Assembly (NCBI GenBank): GCA_907165135.1
Contig: OU015569.1
Coordinates: forward strand, 2,418,001 to 2,482,000
Direction: 5' to 3'
Source: Oikopleura dioica
Lineage: Eukaryota > Animalia > Chordata
Length of the DNA stretch: 64,000 bases
Shown here piece by piece: positions 11,493 to 21,257 of this stretch; positions within the stretch are counted from its first letter, which is position 1, and each line of letters begins with the position of its first letter. The position numbers and the translations under genes are program-made. The notes under the pieces were generated by a model. That model searched no databases, was not told where the DNA came from, and saw only the letters and a program-made list of their open reading frames with translations.

Positions 11493-12986
11493 TCTAGAAA
11501 ATTTTCAGCTAAATCTGGGGAAAATTTCCGCCAGGAATTCCTGGAAAAGTCGATTCCAAGAACACATAAGCAAAAATAATAAGGGGTTCTAGAAGATCAC
11601 TGCGTTACATATTCATCGTCGAGAGCCCCATTTTTCTTCACAATTTTCGCTCCTCTACTATTTCTTCTTCTCTTATCATTATCACTCTCACTGCATACAG
11701 CAGTGGGTTTCAGTAAACAGTTTACTAGGATATGGTAAGTTCGCTGTGTGCACACCTGCTTATTACAGGCAGGAAAGAGAGACGCCGCTTTCAGGAGGAT
11801 GATCTCTCTTCATGATCGGGCAGCTGCCAGATGGCATGATTGAAATCTAGAGGTCAAGGGCGGTCAAGCCCATGACGGACGCGTGAGCGTGATTCGCCAC
11901 GACGAATGACGCATCGCCACCACGCAGTCGCATGACGCGAGAAGTGATCTCACCCGTTTATTACGACCCAGAGGAACTACGCCAATAATACGACTACATG
12001 CACGGACTACAAGTTAAATGATTGCGTAGAAGTGGGGGTCAAGGAAGAGGATGTCATGTCATCATCCTCGGTGCCCATACGCAGAACAGCTTCAATAGGA
12101 TGATGCTAGGGCACAATAGTCAACGATACATCCACCGATTCCTGCAACTAATGATGATGAGGTCCCAGTACTCCTCCACCGCTAATTTCCTGCCAATTCT
12201 CCCCAAGAAGATCAAGAAGAAAAACACTTATGTACAACCTTCCTACTCTCCTCTACCCATTCCCCCCATGTTTCATCTTATCACCCTTTGTAACACCCTG
12301 TGTACCTATCACTACCCAACTATATAGTGCTATTTATTACTACTCATATTTAACACGTCCTGCGACTGTCTCACCTTAGTCATGCTGCCATTCCCACTTT
12401 TCTATCCATGATAGACGTACACTTTGCATTTGCCTATTCCTTGAACTTCTGTTTGCTAACCTCTTATTCTACATATCACACTCGTCTTGTATAACTAGGA
12501 TGATGATGGTGCATCATCCTAGTTTATTATATATAAACTATTATCAGCAACTGCAATAAGTCAGTTCATTTATTTCACATATATTCAATTGTTTGTACAG
12601 GAGTTGGCCTGCTTGTCAGGTAAACTGCCACCTTACTTGTCAGAATCTGCTTCCAATAAATATAAAAAAGCGGGCCAGCCGTGTTTACTGAGTTGAAATT
12701 TCGTAAACACTATTCAAGCTAACGAAATTACAGACTCCTCCTTAGTAATATCCCTGTTTCCAAACAAACATCAAAAACGCAGGTCTACATTTATTTCACT
12801 CTTACAAGCAGAATGACTGTATTTTAGCTGTACTTGACCAGCGGATCGACGGATATCCGAAAGAAAAAAGCCTGATTTTTAAAACGTGGATCTGCTCAAG
12901 TTGGAAATCAAACAATGCAAACTGCGGCTTTTGCATTTCGACCACCAGCTCAGATAACCAAATGCCCTGCTGAGTTTTTATTTTAT

Positions 12987-13810
12987 CTATTTTTGCATTC
13001 TATTATCTTCTTGATCAGACAATCGTGCAGATTTTCGAATCTTTCGACGAGTTGCTCGTCCTGGGGTGCTGTCTGCAGCAACGACGTTGGCCATTTCTTG
13101 AAGCTAAAATAATCAAATTACATCAACTGATGCAGAATTATCATAGGAATTAGTAAGAGAAAAGACTTCTCTCGGACTTACCACTTCATCCCGTCCGGCT
13201 TGCTTCGCGGTTTTTTTCGACTCTTCCATTTCCCTCTTCATAACTTTGCGGCAATTTCCAACCTACAAGTAGCGTTTCTTTTTCGAAAATTAAACCCATA
13301 GCGACGTACCGCTTCATCCACGAGAGCCTGAATCGCCACTTGAATATCCTCTTCTTTGGACGATGTCGTTTGAGTTGAAACATCGCGAGTGGGCCTAAAT
13401 AAAAATAATTAGTAATATTAAAAAAGAAATGATTCTTACGGCTTTTTCTTCGAGGCTTCTATCTCTTTCTTCAAATTTTCATTCTCTTCCTTCAAATCAT
13501 CAATCTCTTTCTTCTGATCTTCCTTCTTTTTCTTCAAAACTTTATTTTTCTTCTTGAATTCCTCGGCCTGCTCAACCCACTGTCTTTTTCTGAGCTCGGA
13601 TCCTTCTAGTTCTTCAATTTTTTGTTTGTAAGCTCCCTAAATGAATCAGAATATGTGTGGAAATAAACGAAAATTCGAATGGGAAAAAGAAATCATACAT
13701 ACCTGAAGGGTTTGAACTTTCGAAAAATAGTCGTCGCACTTTTGATTGAGCTCCGTTTTCTCTTTTTCGTGTTCAGCCTCTACTTGATAGAGGAGTTCCC
13801 GTAAACCCAT
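12987..13810 (-). CDS. Multi-exon coiled-coil protein, unknown function
   Basis: Exons MGLRELLYQVEAEHEKEK..., GAYKQKIEELEG...EIEASKKK and ...RKSARLSDQEDNRMQK* with GT-AG introns; E/K-rich heptads. Confidence 0.55.
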
Positions 13811-14030
13811 CGTACAATTTTGAATCCTCTAGCTGGAAAGAAACTTTTAGAAACTTGATTTTGAAAATGAGTGAGTCCAGATTGCTCCGCGCCGATTCTC
13901 GAAATGAAAATCAGCGCGTAAGCAAAATCAAGAAACGAAACGCCGCGCCACATTTCCTTTTGAGAACCGATAAAGGCATTTCGCCCAACTGAGCGTTTAT
14001 CATTGTGATAAATTCAATAACCCTTTGTTA

Positions 14031-15024
14031 TGGGCGACCCTTTGTTACTCGATAAAACGCTGGCGCTTTTGGGTTAGTTACTCAATAAAACGATGGCGCA
14101 GCAAAAAAAAATTTAATCGGTAAAACGATGGCACCCTTGTTAATCGAGGCGCGGGGCTCTCTTGCATGACGTCATCAGAGGACTCTTGCTGAAAAAAATA
14201 ATGGAAAAGGGGATTCGAGCTCGCGCCCGCCACTCACTTTAGTTACCCCTTAAGGGGTAGCACTAACCACTCAGCTAGACTAATATGTTGAAAGACCCAC
14301 ATTTACAAGGGTTTATTGTTACATTTTCTCACATGGGAGCTCAAATGGTTCTCTCAGAAAATCATTGAATTGAGCTGAGCTGAGCAGGACATTTCAGAAA
14401 TCACTGACGTGAGCTCTTGGCTCGGCAAACTGAGCTGTGCTGGGCTCGGCATCCTGACCTGTCTAAAAACCTTAGACAGGACCTGTTTCCTGTTTTTTGG
14501 CCCTGTCCTGTGTAGCTGTCCAAAATTGGGATTAAAATCTCGAAACCCTGTTTCTGTCCCTGACTAAAGACATGCCGGTTTACTTAACCAATTCTATTTT
14601 AATAAAGTGAAAGTGATGCTTTTAGGTTATTACTACTTACTTACTTTTAACCCATATGTTACGAAGTCACTTTTACTCATTATATACCTTAAGATTTGAA
14701 GTCAAGAATCAATTGCCAAGAAAATCAATCAGCCCAATAGCCTATCTCCCCAAGAGCTTCATGTCCCCAGCCTGGGCTAGGAGCATTTCCGTGTATTCAA
14801 AGTGCATGTCTTCAACTTATCTATCTTCCTGCAAGAGAGTCCTCCGATGACGTCACGCCAGAGAGCCCCGCGCCTCGATTAACAAGGGTGCCATCGTTTT
14901 ATCGATTAAATTTTTTTTCGCCGCGCCATCGTTTTACCGATTAACAGAGGGCCGCCCGCCACAGTTTTATTGAGTAACTAGTTAAAAAGCGCCAGCGTTT
15001 TATCGAGTAACAAAGGGTCGCCCA
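14031..15024. mobile_element. Non-autonomous DNA transposon with ~160-190 bp TIRs
   Basis: 14031-~14190 is the reverse complement of ~14830-15024. TGGGCG...CGCCCA ends; reiterated GATAAAACGATGGC subterminal motif; TGTTA on both flanks (possible 5-bp TSD). Confidence 0.75.
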
Positions 15025-16762
15025 TGTTATGAATCATTTTATGATCATGGCCGGTCTTTTCAACCCTGTAAATTTTCCCTAGATAATCAATGTTTGTAAA
15101 TTAGAAGAAAAGTTCATCGAAATCATTAATTCTAGCTTCTCAATTTCGACAGAGCTAGATTTATGCAGACACCGCGCCCGAATCATCCTTAGCATATTTT
15201 TTTGATTTCACAAAAAACCAGAATCTCAGCATTGCGAACCGGTTGTTTATTATTTTTCCTGCGAATGGGATAATTGACTAACTCGGTTTGACTGAGTGGC
15301 GAATATTCAACTAGGAAACGTGAGCTCAGCTGGAGGAGCAGATGCGCCGTCCGTTGACACTTTCTCACTCTTGGGCCAATGTTCCTGCTCCGCGCTTCTT
15401 TAGAGCGGCAAGTTTAGATCTTCAATGTTTTCACTCTCGTTTCGACTCCTCAGACGCGCCCTGAGAATGTTAAATTAAAAGCAAAAAGTTGCGCGAGGCG
15501 GCATTCTCGCCAAAACAACTGTTAGCTGTCCAGCACTCACTTAGTTGCGGTTCCACTTAAAACGACGTTCTTCTGCTTCATTAGAAAATTTCCCTCTTTT
15601 TTCCGAATCGAATCGATGACTACAGCTACACCAAACAACATCCTTCAGCCGCGTGTTTCTTGCTTCTTCCCATGGAACCTCAATTCGAACTCAAATTCTT
15701 CAAGGCAACCACGTCTTTTTTCTCGAGTGCATGATTACTAAAATCTACTATCATAAAATTCGATTTGCAAAACGTTTGATAGAATGCGTGTACTTAGAAG
15801 CGATCAGAATCATCCAACGCTGCGAGGATTGCAAATCGGCCGCAGATTTGGCTTCTTCCGACAATTGAATCATTTTAGCCTGGCCAGCCTAAGCCGAGGC
15901 CCAAATCGAACAGATTTGCGGGCAATTAATACCTTTTTTTCTGTATTTGAAATTTTATTACCTAAGTCACGTTTAAGTCTATTTGACTGACGGAAAGTCT
16001 TTTTGATTTTAGAACAATATCGGTACGTAAATCGTTAGTTCTAACATAGAACTTCTATATAGGCAGAAGAAAACCTTTTGAACCTTTTGAGGCTTTGAAC
16101 CTTTTTTTTACCAAAGCAAAAATAGTCATAATACTTGTAGAAGGCAGTTAGAAAGCCTTGATAATCTGATATTGTCTTTTGACTAATTGAAAATTTAGGC
16201 TTTCAAGAAAAAAAAATAAAGAAAGAAGATCGTCTTTCTTTCGAAAAATTAAAATAAGTATTTCCTCCGTCACAAAAGTGCCCATTTCTTTATTGATAGG
16301 TTTTGAAGAACATTGAAAAAAAACCGATTTTATAGTAGATTTTCAATAATTATCGCTTGATAAAGATGACCTATTGACTTTTGTGATTATTTAATTGAAC
16401 TACTTTGGTATGATTATATATTTTCAAAACAAAGCACTTTCAAAAGAAGCTCAAGTTTGATCCACCAACAACTTGCTTGCGAAAAGTTGGTTACCTAACT
16501 GACTGCTGAAAGAATAAGCGCAGCGACATTCTAGCGCGGGCAAAACAGCGCCACCTTTTACGCGCCGCGGCTTCGTTAAAACGCGCCCTGCTCGGACAAG
16601 GCGGATTAATTTGCAAAAAGTAAAATTTGAGAAAACCGACTCGAATTGAGAATTTTTTTTGTGAATTTTTGTTGAAAGCATTTTCGAAAATCAGTTGAGC
16701 GCGATTCCTGAGATCAAGGAAGAAACAGCAGCTTCAGAATAAGAAAAGAAAGAGGAAGAAAA

Positions 16763-18131
16763 ATGAAGGTTCTAGCATCGATTATTTCCACCGCTTTCTG
16801 CCAGAATATTGCGACTAATGTTAGAGGTATGTATTCAGTTGTTTCTATTGCAAGTTTTGAATCTAGACTTTTTAGCTGTAATTTATGGGGTCTCTTCCAA
16901 TTCTTTTGAATTCAAAATAAAACGGCTTCTTTTGAATTCGTGAATTTTATTTAAAAAAAATTTGATCATTGTGGCCCAATTTTCTGTTAATTATAAATAC
17001 AATTCTCCATTTTTAATTCTTTGTAAGAAAAATCTAAAAATAGAAACCAAAAATAATCGGCTTTTTTCAAGAGCAGTTACACCTTTTGCCGTTTTTCTGT
17101 CTAATTTGATTAGATGACATAGATTATTTTATTTGCTGTGAAAATACTTGGTCTTGGAACGTGAAGTAATCTTTTGGAGCAATTGTGATTGGAGTAAATA
17201 CTTCATCGCCGACACTTTACTCGCCGTTTGATAGTAATTCCTTTTCGTGTAAAAATTGTTCAATCAAAATTAGTGTTTACAGAAAATACTGAGAACTAGA
17301 ACGCGCGATGTCCAATCGCTGCCATCAGAGAGATACATAGTGATAAGAGCCTGCGTAAACATGGATTTCGATGTAAAAATTACCTGATTCGGATGCCCGT
17401 TACATTTTCGCTAGCAAAGATAATATTTAGAGATGATGTCCGCTATCAACCCGGCGATGGAGCAAGTGGCCTACGAGAACTACGGCTGCGTCGCGCGCGG
17501 CTTCTTCGATCCTATCTCCAAGAACCTTGGCGAGCCTGTCGATGCCGTCGACAGGGCTTTCAACAGGTGGAAGAACTGCAGACGATGTGCCAAGAATGCG
17601 TTTGAAAAGACAGAACCAATGATCCTTCCTTATTCATACGACCTTTCAGCTCAAAAATGCCGTAAGTTTAAACTTTAAAGCTACTTTTCATTCTTTACTG
17701 AAGTTAAATTCAACTGAATATTTTATAACTTAGATGCCATATTAAGTTTAGAATCTGTGTTTGAATCTAATTGTAAATTTAAGTCGACGAGTTGAATTCT
17801 GTGGAAAGATCAGTCTGCGAGTGTGACCTTGAGTTCGCACTGAGACTCGACTCTGTTCCGTTGGATCCATCGCTGGCAGACTATGATGAAGGCAATTGCG
17901 CTTTTCTTAAAAACAGGAACGTTTTTCTCAATCAATTGCTTTTTGACAATCTTTGGTTGATAATCTATCGGCCGAACATTGATTCAATTCGTGGTTGAGA
18001 AAAACCGTGCCAGATCTAAACCCAACCACGGTTGCTGCGCGAAATCAAGCGGCTCCTTCCAATGGTACAATGCAGATCTGATGTGCTGCGATCGCTCAGG
18101 AGGGCTAAAGGCGATAGGCGAGTGTCTATAA
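16763..18131 (+). CDS. Secreted phospholipase A2-like domain protein, catalytic His/Asp absent
   Basis: Signal-like MKVLASIISTAFC; YENYGC, PVDAVDRAFNRWKNCRRC and VCECDLEFA motifs; Cys-rich C-terminal tail; multi-exon. Confidence 0.75.
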
Positions 18132-18530
18132 TTCTCTCTAAAAAAATTGAGAATGTTGAATATCAATTTTGCACGATTCTAAATTCCAAACAGCCAAACG
18201 GACCTCATCAAAAAAACGCCTTTAGCCTGTATTTTATTTCTCCCGTCGGAGTGAAAGTCTCGCTCCAGTAAATTTAAATTTAACTTACTTTAAAAAAAAA
18301 CACTCAAGATTATTTAAAATACGTCCGAGCGAGGCGCCGACGGGAAGCAAGACTGACCCTGAAAATATGCTCAAAACTGACGTGATAACTGTCTCTGATA
18401 TCACAACTATTTCCATTTTAACAATTCGACGAATCCTGAGAAGTTAAAAAATCGACAGGACTATCTGAGAAGAATATCGTTTACAAAACTGTACATAATA
18501 AAACAAATGTTCACTTTCAAATCGTTTTGC

Positions 18531-18765
18531 CCTGGGCTCGGTAACTTGAGTAGAAAACCTGAGTCAGGGTCTGAAAGAGCAAAAATGAAAAGCCGCGTAG
18601 CGGCTTTTTTTAGAAACGAAGCCGCAAAGCGGCTTCGCCAGAATTTAAATATAAGATGGAATAATCATCTTGCGAAGCCGCTTCGCGGCTTCGTTTCTAA
18701 AAAAGCCGCTACGCGGCTTTTCATTTTTGCTCTTTCAGACCCTGACTCAGGCTGCCGAGCCCAGG
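18531..18765. mobile_element. MITE family copy 1 (long TIRs with AAGCCGC-NNN-GCGGCTT internal hairpins)
   Basis: CCTGGGCTCGG...CCGAGCCCAGG ends with ~90 bp inverted arms; related copies elsewhere in the window. Confidence 0.85.
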
Positions 18766-19298
18766 TTTTTCCTCGATTCTTGATTCTAGAGCAGCTAGAG
18801 GCTTTACAGGGAATTGTAACGCAGCTAATCTCGAGCTCCATATACACTCCAATAATCAAATCCGCTCAACAAAACCGAACTACTATTTTGCATCAAATAA
18901 ATTAGCCGCTTTCGATTAGTATTTTTCCCGTTACATTTCGTGATTTTCCGTGTTTTGGGGGCAAAGAAAGTGTGACGCAAAGACTTAAGAAAGGAGCGCT
19001 GAAATGCTCACTTAATTCAACAAGGCTAGGGTCAACATACAACAAGCTCGCCCGCTAGAATCAGAAAAGCCAAATCGAGCAGATTAGATTGATTTCATTG
19101 ATAACGAAGTTGAATTGAAAGAGTCTAAGCGCTTCCGCAGCCCTTGTCACGGGAAGGCTTCGGCGGGAATGTAACAAATAACTAAATTCCTGGCCCTACC
19201 CCAGAAACCGGACGGCTCCTTGAGATTACACATTGAATGGGGGGAATATTTTAATTCGTTCCTTCGTCAACAATTTATTCGTAAAATTAGAGTTGAAA

Positions 19299-21257
19299 TT
19301 ATTTTTGCTTCTGAGCTGCTCGTTCTTCGTTGAGCTGTTTTTCCACCTCGAGGTATTTGTAGCTCTTGGTGTTCCAGAGCAAATCCATCAAATCGAAGTG
19401 AGTAGCGTAGTTGATCGCCTCGCCTACTTTGGTGATGTGGTTGTGATGCAGCCAGTGCATTCCGGGATGGCTTACTCCGGGCACTCGCCAGCCCGAATGG
19501 ACTGTAGTCGCGTACAAGATGTTCAAATAGATCTGATCAAAGAAATGTTTGTTTCAAAAAGAAGACTGTTTCAAAACGCTAGAATCTTACTCCGTGAATA
19601 ACTGCGGTAGAAGAGCTCCTAAAGAAGATGGTCGGGAGCAACTGCATCATCATCGGGATCGGTCCTTCTCCAAAGTAGTCAATAACCGTCATGTAATAGC
19701 CGCTGTCAGTAAAACACGTTAGATAAGTTTCTAGGCGAGTTAAATTGTCACCTGAGAGCGATATCTGCCTTCGTCGTGTGGTGAAGCAGATGGCAATTTC
19801 TGTACACAGAAGGAAACATGTGTTCTGAAAGAGCAGTTACCGAATAGTAGCCCGAATAGAGAACAAGGCTCTATTATCACACTTCTTTCCGTAGATTTTC
19901 CGTCGCGCCCGCCGGATCTACTCCTCATGTCCGAGCTCGATCCAAATCCGAATTGAACGGATTTATTCTTGCCCAAGTATTTTAGAACGCGCGCTATTTT
20001 TTAAAGCACATCTCTTATCGCGAAATCAATGTATAATCGTGTTTTGGTTGATCAGCACTCTTCCTTCTCTTTTAGGGTTATCGCTGGGAATCCATCAGAT
20101 TACATCAGTTTCGACATAAATTTTAAGCCTAACAACGATTAAATTAAATAAAAGTTTGGTGGCATCACATCTTTGAAAATTTAATTTAGCCTTTATTTCG
20201 TGCTACTGGGTTATCGAATTTTATATATGGAAAAAAATTATGACTAAAACCAGCTGTGATAGGCACTCCACTCTTCATATCCCGCTAAGAATTCTCCCAC
20301 AATCACGCCCTCCTTTGGACGCTAAATGAGATTAAAATCACGAAATTTTCGAAGCCGATCATTTTTATTAAATGAACATCATAGAGATCTAAACCAATGA
20401 AATCTTCAATAGCGTCGAAATATTGTTTCGAATGACTCAATAAAATGTGTCTGTAACCACATCAACCCTGTTCATTTCACTGTTATATTTGAATATGTTT
20501 AGTTCCTGTTAATAATGTTTCCTAATGTTTCCTAATGTAATGTTTCCTAGTTAATAAATGAAAAAGAACACAATACTTATATCCAAGTAAATATATTTTT
20601 GATAATCTATCATTCTTATACTGACCTAAGTAGTGACAGAAGAAGAAAGTCACTTCGAAAGCAAGGCCACACAACACGCAAGAAATGAAGATGTTAATGA
20701 AAGTTTCTTCTCCTGGAGCCCGTGGTTCGATTTGTGCCCAGTCGAAGAGCTTTACAGTTAGAAAAGGACAGATGGCGAGGTGTAGAAAATGATTCCGAAG
20801 GAGGATGGGAAGCATTTTTCTGACAGGTACAGTTGTCCGTTGCTTATTTTTTTGTTTAGCTTAGAATTTTTGATTGATTTGAGAACACCTTGTACAGTTT
20901 TCCTTCTTCTTTAGTGAAGTAGTCGAGAGCTAAAAAGGCGAATCCGAAGAACCAAAAGCCTACCGCGATGATTGAAAATTAACTGTTCAACGAACTTGCT
21001 TTCGTTTCGTTTCAATCGCTTCCTACTAGCCCCGGCACCCAACAGGCGATCGAAAATGCCCATTTTTCTGAAATTCCGAACGCTTGCCTGTTGTCGTAAA
21101 AGTACTTATGGGAATAGTAAGAGAGTGCAATGAGCAAGATCGAAACGGGCTCGTAGATCCATTTGAAGTGATTCGCCGTCAGCCCGGTCCAGACAGACTC
21201 CTTCGTCGGCCATTTCAAACCTTCCAATTTCGGCAATTTCACTTTCTCTCTTGCCAT
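19299..21257 (-). CDS. Fatty acid hydroxylase / sterol desaturase superfamily protein
   Basis: Spliced His boxes CHYLEH, HLLHH, HSG and HWLHH...NYATHFDLMDLLWNT; N-terminal TM segments; ~790-nt intron at ~20627-19836. Confidence 0.85.

Larger units (their letters stand above)
8263..12524. repeat. Dispersed AGGATGATG-N3-6-CATCATCCT hairpin family
   Basis: Copies at 8263-8286 (perfect 9-bp stem), 9422-9442, 9965-9985, 10859-10879, 12048-12068 and 12493-12524 (perfect 13-bp stem). Confidence 0.8.
1..12670 (+). mobile_element. Candidate giant non-LTR (LINE-like) retroelement region: RT ORF + orphan ORF + antisense spliced cassette; left end outside window, right end inferred
   Basis: RT ORF at left; base composition distinct from the T-run-rich host sequence after ~12.7 kb; shared hairpin motif from 8263 to 12524; AATAAA at 12655-12660 followed by TATAAAAAA. 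That the whole span is one element is inference; no TSD is visible because the 5' end is missing. Confidence 0.5.

Noticed and set aside
1-12670. Penelope/Terminon-type element with hammerhead ribozymes, or an LTR/DIRS element
   Set aside because: The RT motifs (PQGS.LSP, FADD) are non-LTR type. CTGATGA hits near 166, 6440 and 10700 lack a stem II-GAAA core. I found no LTR pair, integrase or tyrosine recombinase motif.
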